Of a stretch of DNA of 62,137 nt, positions 27,427-38,473 are shown piece after piece. The notes beneath the pieces were generated by a model that made no database searches, was not told the DNA's origin, and worked only from the letters and a program-made list of their open reading frames with translations. Source of the stretch: Rickettsia typhi (lineage in GTDB: Bacteria; Pseudomonadota; Alphaproteobacteria; Rickettsiales; UBA1997); assembly GCA_945900795.1 (NCBI GenBank), contig CAMDJN010000001.1, forward strand, positions 1 through 62,137, given 5' to 3'. Position 1 is the stretch's first letter, and each line of letters begins with the position of its first letter. The position numbers and the translations under genes are program-made.

Positions 27427-28686
27427 CTAGATAAGTTGGGATCCTTCGAAGCTGCGTAAAATGTCGTTCACGACATCATTACCAGATTCGTTAATGTTTT
27501 TTTCTGGTGTAGAATAATTTGTGGCAAGAGATGGTTTTTCTTGACCGTCTCCCAGTAGAATCTTTTGTAAATTTGGTAAAGCTATGAGATGACAGATTCT
27601 TATCATCAACATTTCAAAGGTTATTTTTGGTGATTTTGAAAGATTGACCTCAGAAATGCCCCTGAGAAGCATTTGCCAAATTCTCATAATGGAATTAAGA
27701 GAAAGTTTTTCTGAGAGTTCGCGAATCTTTTTTTGTTCTGATTCGGAATATTCCCCAAGCTCGTAATTGGTTATCAGTTTTGCTGAAGTAGTTTTGTGTG
27801 TAATTTCCAGCAGATCATTTGTTAGCTGTAAAATGTCTGAGGAGTGAGAATAGAATTCGGAAAAAATTTGAAGTGATTTTATAAAATTGCCTTCCAACAA
27901 GCTTTCAAAAAGTGAAATGGTTTTTGATTTGCTGCCTATCCCAAGCATCTTTTCTACTATTTCTGTCGCCAAAAACTTCTGATGATCATTGTTTGCGAAT
28001 GCCTGATCTAATAAAGATAAAGAATCTCTAACGGATCCCTCAGACATTTTTGCGATAAGATCTAAAGCTCGTTCTTCTGCCTCGATTTTTTCAGTCTCCA
28101 GAATTTTTTTTAAATGATTCACGATTTCTTTTTCATCGAGACGACGTAGATCGAATCTTTGGCAGCGTGAAAGGATCGTGATCGGAACTTTTTTGATTTC
28201 TGTTGTGGCAAAAATAAATTTAACGTGAGGAGGTGGTTCTTCCAAAGTTTTTAACAAAGCGTTGAAGGCGCTGTTGCTAAGCATGTGAACTTCGTCTATG
28301 ATATAAATTTTGTTTTTTGCAAGGACTGGAGCGTATGCAACTGAATCAATAATTTCTCGAATATCGTCCACGCCAGTTCTGCTGGCAGCATCAATTTCGA
28401 TTACATCTTGGTGTTTTGATGAGGCAATCAATTTGCAATTGTTGCAAATGTCGCATGATTTGGTTGAGTTATTGTCTCGGTTCAGACAATTGATTGTTTT
28501 GGCAATGATGCGTGCTGTTGTTGTTTTTCCAACCCCTCTTATTCCTGTGAGGATGTAGGCGTGATGTAGACGATTGTTTTTGATGGCGTTACTCAGCGTT
28601 GTAACCAAAACACTTTGTCCGATTAATTGGTCAAAATTTTGTGGACGATATTTGCGAGCTAAAACTAAGTAGGAGGAGTCAGACAT
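27427..28686 (-). CDS. dnaX: DNA polymerase III subunit gamma/tau (short form)
   Basis: 419 aa. It has LARKYRPQNFDQLIGQ, the Walker A motif GIRGVGKTTTARI, a Cys-rich zinc module, IYIIDEVHMLS and SRCQRF. Confidence 0.9.
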   Translation of the reverse strand: MSDSSYLVLARKYRPQNFDQLIGQSVLVTTLSNAIKNNRLHHAYILTGIRGVGKTTTARIIAKTINCLNRDNNSTKSCDICNNCKLIASSKHQDVIEIDAASRTGVDDIREIIDSVAYAPVLAKNKIYIIDEVHMLSNSAFNALLKTLEEPPPHVKFIFATTEIKKVPITILSRCQRFDLRRLDEKEIVNHLKKILETEKIEAEERALDLIAKMSEGSVRDSLSLLDQAFANNDHQKFLATEIVEKMLGIGSKSKTISLFESLLEGNFIKSLQIFSEFYSHSSDILQLTNDLLEITHKTTSAKLITNYELGEYSESEQKKIRELSEKLSLNSIMRIWQMLLRGISEVNLSKSPKITFEMLMIRICHLIALPNLQKILLGDGQEKPSLATNYSTPEKNINESGNDVVNDILRSFEGSQLI

Positions 28687-28711
28687 GTAATTTGGAATTC
28701 TGTAAAAGCGA

Positions 28712-28800
28712 GAATGACCCGAACCAAATTACTTTGGGATGCTTTCTTTCGAATCTGGCCCTTTAAGTAGCAAATCCGCCCATTCCCGCCGGGTCAGAAT
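28712..28800 (-). ncRNA. ffs: Probable SRP RNA (4.5S-type)
   Basis: On the minus strand, cuuAAAGGGCCAGAUUCGAAAGAAAGCAUCCCAAAG reproduces the domain IV architecture. That is a 3-bp stem, an asymmetric loop with a single 3' A, GGG/CCC, a loop with a 3' AGCA, UUC/GAA and a GNRA (GAAA) tetraloop. The closing stem is gacccg/cgggtc. It lies immediately upstream of dnaX, the canonical position. Boundaries are uncertain, and the 5' part resembles a family B repeat arm. Confidence 0.5.
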
Positions 28801-28853
28801 TTGGTATTGGATGGATAATATTTCAAGAAAAAAATTATGAGGGGGAGTTTATC

Positions 28854-28997
28854 TATACCCAACCAACCTCAAGAAGCTGATTGGGTATAGTTTTTATTTT
28901 GTACGCGACACGAAGTCGCCCCCCCCAAGAATTCTTGGCTTACGGGGTCCCTATATACCAAGCAGAGTTCGGTATCTTCAATCGTGTTTGGTATATA
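28854..28997. repeat. Composite hairpin repeat, family B, copy B1
   Basis: It is the reverse complement of 51601-51730. The modules are tatacccaaccaac..gttgggtata, a gcgacacga..tcgc segment with a C8 run, and tataccaa.cagagttcggtatcttcaatcgtgtttggtata. Confidence 0.75.
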
Positions 28998-29111
28998 CCG
29001 ATACACCACTCAAGTTCACGAATATTTTATTTTTATTAGACACGTGTTGTGTCCGGCGTTGCAGGGATTTTCGATATACCAAACTCTGATAAAAAATATT
29101 GGTATGTTGAA

Positions 29112-30374
29112 TCAAATTCGGTATAGGGAATCAATTTTACTGACAATTTTTTTTGCTATATTGTCTGAATTTTTTATTACCGCTGTGGCCTTAGTAGATA
29201 AGGATTTAGAAATTGATTTGTCCTGTAAGAATTTTGCCACCACCTCTATTAGTTCTTCTTTTTTTTGAACAATTATGCAGGCATCATTCTCGGTAAGAAG
29301 TCCGAAGATTTCCTTAGAATTTGATACTTTATGACCGGATATAATTGCACATCCTAATTTAGCTGGTTCATACGGATTGTGTCCTCCGACATCTACCAGA
29401 GAGCCGCCAAGGAAAGTAAAATCGGCGAGGTGATAAAAAATTCCAAGCTCATTCAAACTATCAGCAAGATAGATTTCCGTAGTATCAACGATGATCTCAT
29501 TTTTGCTACGTTGAGCCAAAATTAAATCCTTCATTATTTCTTTGATTTCCTCAGCGCGGTTTGGATGGCGTGGAACTAGGATGGTTAGAAGGTTCGGAAA
29601 AATCTTTTTTAGCTGTTGATGTGTACGCAAGATAATCCGCTCTTCCCCAGCGTGGGTATTGGTTGCAAGCCAGAATCTTCTATCGCCGATTTGTGATTTT
29701 AATTCTTCTAATTTTTTTATATCGAAATGCAGGTCTTGTGCCTGAGATTTTAGATTTCCGTAAGAAAAAATCTTTTGATTTGTGAGCTGTTCGAAACGTT
29801 TTTTATCCCCTTCGTTTTGAATAAAAATTGCGGTAAAATAATCAAAAATTTTCAGTCCGATTTTAGTGGCAAAGCGCCAATTACGAAAAGATTTTTCTGA
29901 TATTCTGGCATTAACTAAGAAGTTGGGAATGTTTGATTTGCGTACCTCAAAAAGTAGGTTTGGCCAAATTTCTGACTCAATAAAAATTGCCAGACTAGGT
30001 TTCCAAAAGTATAAAAATTTTCTTACACAGAAAACGGAATCTACCGGAAGAAATTGATGTAAGACCTGTCCATTCAACTCTGATAGTTTGGTTGCAACAA
30101 TTGTGGCCGATGTAAGTGTTGTGGTGGTAATCAAAATGGAGGTATTTTTTTGAATTGCGAGTAGCTCTGGGATTAGACTGAATGCTGAGTTTATTTCTCC
30201 TACACTAACGGCGTGAAGCCAGACTAAGTGGCCTTTTGGACGATTTGTTGTCGCGATTCCAAAACGTTCTTTGAATCGATTTTTGTCTTCCTTTTTTTTT
30301 GCAAGGCGAATTAGTAAATAGAAGAAAATGATAGGGAAGAATATGACGGATAGGAGGCGGTAAGTGATGAGCAT
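29112..30374 (-). CDS. waaA: 3-deoxy-D-manno-octulosonic acid transferase
   Basis: 420 aa. It has an N-terminal TM helix, RFKERFG, VWLHAVSVGE and GGSLVDVGGHNPYEPA. Confidence 0.9.
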   Translation of the reverse strand: MLITYRLLSVIFFPIIFFYLLIRLAKKKEDKNRFKERFGIATTNRPKGHLVWLHAVSVGEINSAFSLIPELLAIQKNTSILITTTTLTSATIVATKLSELNGQVLHQFLPVDSVFCVRKFLYFWKPSLAIFIESEIWPNLLFEVRKSNIPNFLVNARISEKSFRNWRFATKIGLKIFDYFTAIFIQNEGDKKRFEQLTNQKIFSYGNLKSQAQDLHFDIKKLEELKSQIGDRRFWLATNTHAGEERIILRTHQQLKKIFPNLLTILVPRHPNRAEEIKEIMKDLILAQRSKNEIIVDTTEIYLADSLNELGIFYHLADFTFLGGSLVDVGGHNPYEPAKLGCAIISGHKVSNSKEIFGLLTENDACIIVQKKEELIEVVAKFLQDKSISKSLSTKATAVIKNSDNIAKKIVSKIDSLYRI

Positions 30375-30381
30375 TAGACGT

Positions 30382-31797
30382 TTAGAAGTGAATCACTTTT
30401 CCGTAGGCATCTAATACAGCTTCGTGCATCATTTCAGACATTGTTGGATGAGCAAAAATTGTGTGCATCAAATCTTCCTCAGTCAATTCCGCCTGCTTAG
30501 CTATTACGTAGCCCTGAATCATTTCGGTTACTTCTGCACCAATTAGATGAGCTCCTAAAAGTTCTCCGGTTTTTTCGTCAAAAATCACCTTAATTAAGCC
30601 ATCAGTTTCTCCGGCTGCAATAGCTTTGCCATTGGCCATGTAAGGAAATCTACCCACTTTAATTTTTTTGCCTGCTTCTTTTGCCTTTTTTTCGGTTAGG
30701 CCAATAGAAGCGATTTGTGGCATTGAGTAAGTACAGCCGGGAATATTCTCTTTTTTAATCGGATGAATTTTTTTGGCGTCGTATTTCCCGAGTTTGCTTG
30801 CAATTTTTTCAGCTGCGATGACGCCTTCATGAGATGCCTTATGAGCAAGCCATGGACCATCAACAACATCACCAATTGCAGAGATGTTAGCTTCCGCAGT
30901 TTCAAGATATTGATTGGTTTGGATATGACCTTTGTCTAGTTTTACCTTAGTTTTTTCGAGTCCAAGATTTTCAACATTAGCTACGATTCCTACTGCCATG
31001 ATGGCTTTTTCGGTTTTAATTTCTTCGATCTTGCCGTTAACCTCAATATTTGCAATGATCTCTCCCTTGTCTTTCTTTAAAGATTTTAGTGTGGCAGATG
31101 TGTGAATTTTTATTCCTTGTTTCTCGAAAGATTTTCTTGCGAGTTTAGAAATTTCTTCATCTTCAACTGGAAGAATATTCTCTGCCATCTCAATGATGGT
31201 AACCTCAGAACCCATGTTTCTATAGAAAGAAGCGAATTCAATTCCAATTGCGCCACTTCCAACAACTAACAAAGATTTTGGTAGAGTCTTTGGAATCATG
31301 GCTTCGCGATATGTCCAAATATTTTCGCTATCTGGTTCCATGTTGGGAATAATACGCGCTCTAGCGCCGGTTGCAATTATGAAATATTCAGCTTCAACCT
31401 GCGTTACTTCTTTTTCATCTTTTGAAACTAAGATTCTCTTATTGTCTAAGAATTTTGCAAAGCCATCAACTACTTCGATTTTATTTTTTTTCATTAATCC
31501 TGCGATGCCGGTACTGAGGCGTTTTGAAACCGAGCGAGAACGTTCGATGATTTTGGTAAAATCAAATTTAATGTTTTCAGCGCTAAATCCGTAGGCATCA
31601 AGGTTGTGCAGTAGGTGATTTACTTCTGAAGATTTCAGTAAAGCTTTGGTAGGGATACAGCCCCAATTTAAGCATATTCCTCCCAGGTGATTTGCTTCAA
31701 CAATTCCTACCTTGAGTCCTAGCTGTGCAGCGCGAATTGCGGCAACATATCCGCCTGGACCGGCGCCGATTACACAAAGGTCAAATTTTTTAGTCAT
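30382..31797 (-). CDS. lpdA: Dihydrolipoyl dehydrogenase (E3)
   Basis: It has FDLCVIGAGPGGYVAAIRAAQLG, GGICLNWGCIPTKALL and a C-terminal HAHPTMSE. The open frame extends to 31815, but those six codons overlap repeat B3, so Met at 31797 is preferred. Confidence 0.93.
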   Translation of the reverse strand: MTKKFDLCVIGAGPGGYVAAIRAAQLGLKVGIVEANHLGGICLNWGCIPTKALLKSSEVNHLLHNLDAYGFSAENIKFDFTKIIERSRSVSKRLSTGIAGLMKKNKIEVVDGFAKFLDNKRILVSKDEKEVTQVEAEYFIIATGARARIIPNMEPDSENIWTYREAMIPKTLPKSLLVVGSGAIGIEFASFYRNMGSEVTIIEMAENILPVEDEEISKLARKSFEKQGIKIHTSATLKSLKKDKGEIIANIEVNGKIEEIKTEKAIMAVGIVANVENLGLEKTKVKLDKGHIQTNQYLETAEANISAIGDVVDGPWLAHKASHEGVIAAEKIASKLGKYDAKKIHPIKKENIPGCTYSMPQIASIGLTEKKAKEAGKKIKVGRFPYMANGKAIAAGETDGLIKVIFDEKTGELLGAHLIGAEVTEMIQGYVIAKQAELTEEDLMHTIFAHPTMSEMMHEAVLDAYGKVIHF

Positions 31798-31805
31798 TCT
31801 TTCTG

Positions 31806-31899
31806 TACCAAACACAATTGAATATACCCAAACATTGCTTGGTGTATATGTGGATACTCGCAGCGCGAGGCGCGACTAATGTCGCATAAAAATAAAAAC
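31806..31899. repeat. Family B repeat, partial copy B3
   Basis: taccaaacacaattgaatatacccaaacattgcttggtgtata...cgcgactaatgtcgcataaaaataaaaa parallels the left two-thirds of 51601-51730. Confidence 0.6.
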
Positions 31900-31903
31900 T
31901 CCA

Positions 31904-31938
31904 GGGCACCTCTAAAAATTCTAATTTTTAGAGGTGCC
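31904..31938. terminator. Perfect palindrome made only of family A terminal inverted repeats, just downstream of queF
   Basis: gggcacctctaaaaatt c taatttttagaggtgcc lies about 20 nt after the queF stop, between queF and the lpdA start. Confidence 0.5.
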
Positions 31939-31959
31939 TCATAGTTGTTGTCAGTAAAT

Positions 31960-32415
31960 CTATCTTCCTTTGTAACTAGGGATTTCTTGCTCTTTCACCC
32001 AAATTCCCTTCGGCAATTCTCCGCTTTGGAAAAAAATATCGATAGGAATTCCTCCCCTTGGATACCAGTAGCCGCCGATTCTGAGCCATTTTGGTTTAAT
32101 GCAAGCGATAATGTCTTTGGCTATTTTTATGGTACAATCTTCATGAAAGGCGCCGTGATTACGGTAAGAAAAAAGATAAAGCTTTAGCGACTTGCTTTCG
32201 AGAATGAATTTATTTGGAACATAATCAATCACGAGGTTGGCAAAGTCTGGTTGAGAGGTGATGGGGCAGATAGAAGTGAATTCGGGGCACGTAAATCTTA
32301 TTGAATAATCAACGTCTTGATGCGGATTATTTTCTGGATATAAAATTTTTTGATCTGGTTTTTTAAACTGATATTCGGTTTTTTTTCCGAGAAGTATTTG
32401 TGATTTTTGTTTCAT
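31960..32415 (-). CDS. queF: NADPH-dependent 7-cyano-7-deazaguanine reductase (type I)
   Basis: 151 aa. It has [50 protein letters not shown]. Confidence 0.9.
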   Translation of the reverse strand: MKQKSQILLGKKTEYQFKKPDQKILYPENNPHQDVDYSIRFTCPEFTSICPITSQPDFANLVIDYVPNKFILESKSLKLYLFSYRNHGAFHEDCTIKIAKDIIACIKPKWLRIGGYWYPRGGIPIDIFFQSGELPKGIWVKEQEIPSYKGR

Positions 32416-32464
32416 AGTTTCCTCTTCTTGCTGTTTAAAACTTCTTTACGAAATTGTATTGTGC

Positions 32465-32521
32465 TATACCCATTCCGCCTGAAGAAGCCGATCTCTGACT
32501 TCTTCAGGCGGAATGGGTATA
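32465..32521. repeat. Perfect 23-bp stem / 11-nt loop hairpin, related to family B arms
   Basis: tatacccattccgcctgaagaag ccgatctctga cttcttcaggcggaatgggtata. The 3' arm contains the ATG at 32513. Confidence 0.85.
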
Positions 32522-34069
32522 ATTTTTCTCCTTACCCATCTTAACAAACTGACTAAAGTGAGTCTCGTTAGCAACATCTACCTGCTTATTTTTCTGCCGT
32601 TAATTTCATCCCTATTTTGTCAAATTTTTGGCAAAAGAGGAGTGTCGTTTTTAATTGCGATTACCGCTTGTGTTGCCTTGTTTTTTATGATTATTCGGAT
32701 CTTTCCCGATATCTTGATTTATGAAAAAGTAAGTAATGATTTTGAGCTTTCACCACTTTCTCTTGCCCTTGAATTCAGGCTAGACATACTAGGAGCGGCA
32801 TTTTTGTTATTGGCGGTATTTCTTAAAATCGTTATTTTGTTTTTCTACGCTTCAGACATAAAAAAATTTCTAAACGAGAGAAATGATCGCATTTTTTATT
32901 CTGTTTTTCTTCTGCAATTATTTGGTTTGGTTGGGATATTTACAACCAATAATTTGCTAAATCTTTTTTTATTTTTTGAGATTTACGCCTTCAGTTTCTT
33001 TGCAACGATTTCAATTTCTCGCGATAATAATCTTCTCAAACTTTCTTTTCGTTATTTTTGTCTTAACGCCGTCTCGTCTCTATTAACCCTATTCTGTATC
33101 TTGGTAATTTATCTCACATTTGATGAGGTGAGAATTGATAGAATTTCTGAAAATTTATCAATGTTATCAGGTTCTCAGGCGTGGTTTGTGATTACGATTT
33201 CCCTACTTTTGATTGCTTCCTTAATAACTAAATTTTTTCCATTTTGGCTTTATTTTGAGAAGCTAAAAAGCGATAGTTTGATTGCCAATTTTCTTACCAT
33301 TGAATCACTTTTTATTAAGACAATTGTTGGCATTTTTTTGGTTGTAAAGTTTACCTATTTTTTTGGTTATTCGATGCTGTTTGATAGGTTTTGGTTTATG
33401 GAAATCTCCATTCTGATCGCCGCATCTTTGATCGTTTATAGCTCGTTTAAGATATGCAAACAAAAGCACTTAAAGATAATCGCAACCTATCTGTGTCTGA
33501 ATAATTTGGGTTTTATCATCCTATGTCTTGCGCTTTACTCGCTTGATTCATTACGGGCGATGTTTTTTTATCTCTTAAATTTTAGCTTGGTGAATTTGTT
33601 AATTTTTATTTTTTCTACCTTCTTGAAGCGCTATTATCACACTTCTGCACTTAGTAAAATTTTTCTAATCAAACAAGATCACTTCTCTTTGGTTTTGCCA
33701 TTGAAGTTTTTAACCTTCGCTATTGTGGCATTTCCGATGACGATTTTATTTTTTGCTAATTGGTATTTTGCGCAGGCTAGCATTGGTTTTGGTCCAAGAT
33801 CGTCCCTTCTGATATTTGTGGTGATAGCAAATTTTTCCTACATGGTTTTGGTAATTAGATTGATTTCAGTATTTTTCGCAGAAAAACCTGCCGAACGAAA
33901 TGAGTTGCGTCAGGTAGGATTTAAAAAGTATCAGTACCTGGTTTCTTTCTGGTTTTTAATTATGGCCATTTACACGATATCATTGGCATCGGGACAGGTA
34001 AATAACGTTTCTGATAAGTTTGCACATTATCTTTTACTTGATCCCACATCAAAAAAATTTAACCCATAA
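32513..34069 (+). CDS. Divergent proton-antiporter-like membrane subunit (NuoN/MnhD, Proton_antipo_M-type), stand-alone
   Basis: 518 aa, about 14 TM segments. GLVGIFTTNNLLNLFLFFEIYAFSFFATI (conserved TM5 Glu), ITKFFPFWLYFEK (Lys retained, the PFH.W.PD motif degenerate) and LKIIATYLCLNNLGFIILCLAL are present. The start is uncertain: either ATG 32513 inside the hairpin or GTG near 32558. Confidence 0.55.
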   Translation: MGIIFLLTHLNKLTKVSLVSNIYLLIFLPLISSLFCQIFGKRGVSFLIAITACVALFFMIIRIFPDILIYEKVSNDFELSPLSLALEFRLDILGAAFLLLAVFLKIVILFFYASDIKKFLNERNDRIFYSVFLLQLFGLVGIFTTNNLLNLFLFFEIYAFSFFATISISRDNNLLKLSFRYFCLNAVSSLLTLFCILVIYLTFDEVRIDRISENLSMLSGSQAWFVITISLLLIASLITKFFPFWLYFEKLKSDSLIANFLTIESLFIKTIVGIFLVVKFTYFFGYSMLFDRFWFMEISILIAASLIVYSSFKICKQKHLKIIATYLCLNNLGFIILCLALYSLDSLRAMFFYLLNFSLVNLLIFIFSTFLKRYYHTSALSKIFLIKQDHFSLVLPLKFLTFAIVAFPMTILFFANWYFAQASIGFGPRSSLLIFVVIANFSYMVLVIRLISVFFAEKPAERNELRQVGFKKYQYLVSFWFLIMAIYTISLASGQVNNVSDKFAHYLLLDPTSKKFNP

Positions 34070-34076
34070 ACAGACT

Positions 34077-35108
34077 ATGAGCATAGCTGCACTAGATTCT
34101 TACCTCTTACCTTTAAAACAGATTCTTGATCGTGATGGAGTAAATGAGGTTTCTATTAATCGACCTTTTGAAGCTTGGATTGAACTGAGAGGAGATATGT
34201 CGCGTGAGAGCTTGCCGACATTCGATTTAGAGCATTTAAAATCTCTTGGAAGGCTTGTTGCGCAAGCAACTGAGCAGAGGTTAAGCGAGGAAGAGCCTCT
34301 TCTTTCCGCAACTTTGCCGAATGGTTTTCGTGTCCAAATAGTTTTTCCTCCAGCCTGTGAGACGGGATGCGTAGTGATGTCAATTAGAAAGCCATCAGTT
34401 TTAAAATGGAATTTGGATGATTATGAAACGATGGGAATGTTTGAGTCTACCTCAGTTGGTGAAGTCGAGGACAAAAATAATCTGATTTTGATGAAGTTGT
34501 TAAAGCTGAATCGTGTTAAAGATTTTCTTGAACGCTGTGTTATTTACAAAAAAAATATCATCATTTCCGGTGGTACCTCAACCGGTAAAACGACTTTCAC
34601 TAATGCCGTGATACGCTCCATTCCTCACGAGGAAAGATTAATAACTGTTGAGGATGTGAGGGAAATCGAACTGTCATCGCATGAAAATCGAGTACATCTT
34701 TTGGCGTCTAAAGGTGGGCAGGGTAGGGCAAAAGTTACCACTCAAGATTTAATTGAGGCCTGTCTCAGACTTCGTCCTGAAAGAATTATCGTTGGTGAGT
34801 TGAGGGGTTCTGAAGCCTTTTCTTTCTTGCGCGCAATCAATACCGGTCATCCGGGATCAATCTCAACTCTCCATGCTGATACTCCAAAAATGGCTTTGGA
34901 ACAATTAAAAATGATGGTTATGCAAGCTGGTCTTGGTGTAACGCCAAGTGAAATTGCTTCTTATATTCACAATGTGATTGATGTTGTGGTACAGTTGAAG
35001 AGGGGTAGCGGTGGTTTGCGTTATGTTTCGGAAGTCTATTTTAAACCATTGTCAGATCGACAAGATGCGCAGCAAAAACAACATGAGGAAACAAAAAACA
35101 ATGAATAA
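34077..35108 (+). CDS. virB11: Type IV secretion system ATPase VirB11
   Basis: It has [16 protein letters not shown], the Walker A motif [25 protein letters not shown] and [13 protein letters not shown]. The start is taken at ATG 34077 ([10 protein letters not shown]), 8 nt after the upstream stop. Confidence 0.9.
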   Translation: MSIAALDSYLLPLKQILDRDGVNEVSINRPFEAWIELRGDMSRESLPTFDLEHLKSLGRLVAQATEQRLSEEEPLLSATLPNGFRVQIVFPPACETGCVVMSIRKPSVLKWNLDDYETMGMFESTSVGEVEDKNNLILMKLLKLNRVKDFLERCVIYKKNIIISGGTSTGKTTFTNAVIRSIPHEERLITVEDVREIELSSHENRVHLLASKGGQGRAKVTTQDLIEACLRLRPERIIVGELRGSEAFSFLRAINTGHPGSISTLHADTPKMALEQLKMMVMQAGLGVTPSEIASYIHNVIDVVVQLKRGSGGLRYVSEVYFKPLSDRQDAQQKQHEETKNNE

Positions 35109-36144
35109 TCGTGACAGGTTTTTTAACAAAAAATTTGATTTTCTGACATTGGATAGGGTGATTGAAATCACTGGGGCTCAAGTGATTGACACTGGCGCTA
35201 CCATAGTTAGTGAGCGTGAATTAAAGACAAAGATTTCTGATGTTTCAACTCTAGGAAGCGCTAACGAGTCTGAAATTTCCTTCTTAAATTCTTCAAAATA
35301 TTTAGATAAATTTCTTTCATCAAGAGCTGGGTTTTGTTTTGTTGAAGAGAAAAATCGGGAGAGAGCTAATAATGGTAAAACGCTCCTATTGACCCATCGT
35401 AATCCGTATTTTGCTCATGCTAAAATCGTTGCAAGTTTTTATGAAGAAAAGTCCGATAATTTTTTAACCGATAGTTTGGTTGCAAAAACTGCTGTAATTG
35501 GTGAGAACACACGAATTGCACCTAATGCTTATGTGGGAGAGGGGGTTATTATCGGAAAAAATTGTTATATCGGGCCAAGTGTTTCTATCATGTCCAGATG
35601 TATCATCGGAGATAATTGTATAATTAATGCTGGTGCGGTTGTTTCTTTCGCCGTACTTGGATCAAATTGCATAATTCATAATGGCGTAAAAATTGGTCAG
35701 GATGGCTTTGGTTTCGTACATGATTCTGGAATAAATCACAAAATTGTTCAGATTGGAATTGTTCGCATAGGAAATTCTGTTGAGATCGGGGCCAACTCCT
35801 GTGTAGATCGCGGGGCGATTGAGGATACGGTAATCGGAGATGATACTAAGATTGATAACCTGGTTCAAATTGCTCACAATGTTGTAGTGGGGTGTGGAAC
35901 AGTTATAGCAGGATGTACTGCAATTGCCGGCAGTGCCAAGATCGGTAATTTTGTTCAAGTCGGTGGTGGCGCAAATATTGCTGGTCACATTACAATTGGT
36001 GATGGTGTAAAAATTGCTGGTATGACTGGCGTAATGCGTGACATTGAGCCGATGCAAATTGTCGCCGGTATTCCTTCAGTGCCAATTCGCAAATGGCACA
36101 AAGCCAATGCTATGTTGGCAAAAATGACTAATGCGGTAGGTTAG
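35101..36144 (+). CDS. lpxD: UDP-3-O-acylglucosamine N-acyltransferase
   Basis: It has an extensive hexapeptide-repeat beta-helix ([13 protein letters not shown].., [31 protein letters not shown]). The start ATG at 35101 overlaps the virB11 stop. Confidence 0.9.
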   Translation: MNNRDRFFNKKFDFLTLDRVIEITGAQVIDTGATIVSERELKTKISDVSTLGSANESEISFLNSSKYLDKFLSSRAGFCFVEEKNRERANNGKTLLLTHRNPYFAHAKIVASFYEEKSDNFLTDSLVAKTAVIGENTRIAPNAYVGEGVIIGKNCYIGPSVSIMSRCIIGDNCIINAGAVVSFAVLGSNCIIHNGVKIGQDGFGFVHDSGINHKIVQIGIVRIGNSVEIGANSCVDRGAIEDTVIGDDTKIDNLVQIAHNVVVGCGTVIAGCTAIAGSAKIGNFVQVGGGANIAGHITIGDGVKIAGMTGVMRDIEPMQIVAGIPSVPIRKWHKANAMLAKMTNAVG

Positions 36145-36167
36145 AGCTATTGAATAGAAATGGAGGT

Positions 36168-36222
36168 CACCCATTCCCAACCTCAAGAAGTTGAAAGGGT
36201 GTTTTTTACGTGATTTGCGACA
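36168..36222. repeat. Family B repeat, partial copy B5
   Basis: cacccattcccaacctcaagaagttgaaagggtg ttttttacgtgatttgcgac parallels the first modules of B1. Confidence 0.4.
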
Positions 36223-36246
36223 GCCCCTGTGAGGATCTCTGATATT

Positions 36247-38429
<2,183 letters not shown>

Positions 38430-38473
38430 GTGATTCTCGCTAATTTTTAGAGGTTCCCTCCAATCGTTATGGT

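Noticed and set aside
28984-29268. 94-aa plus-strand ORF spanning repeat B1 and the waaA 3' end
   Set aside because: It starts inside a repeat element and runs antisense to a well-supported waaA, so it is most likely spurious.
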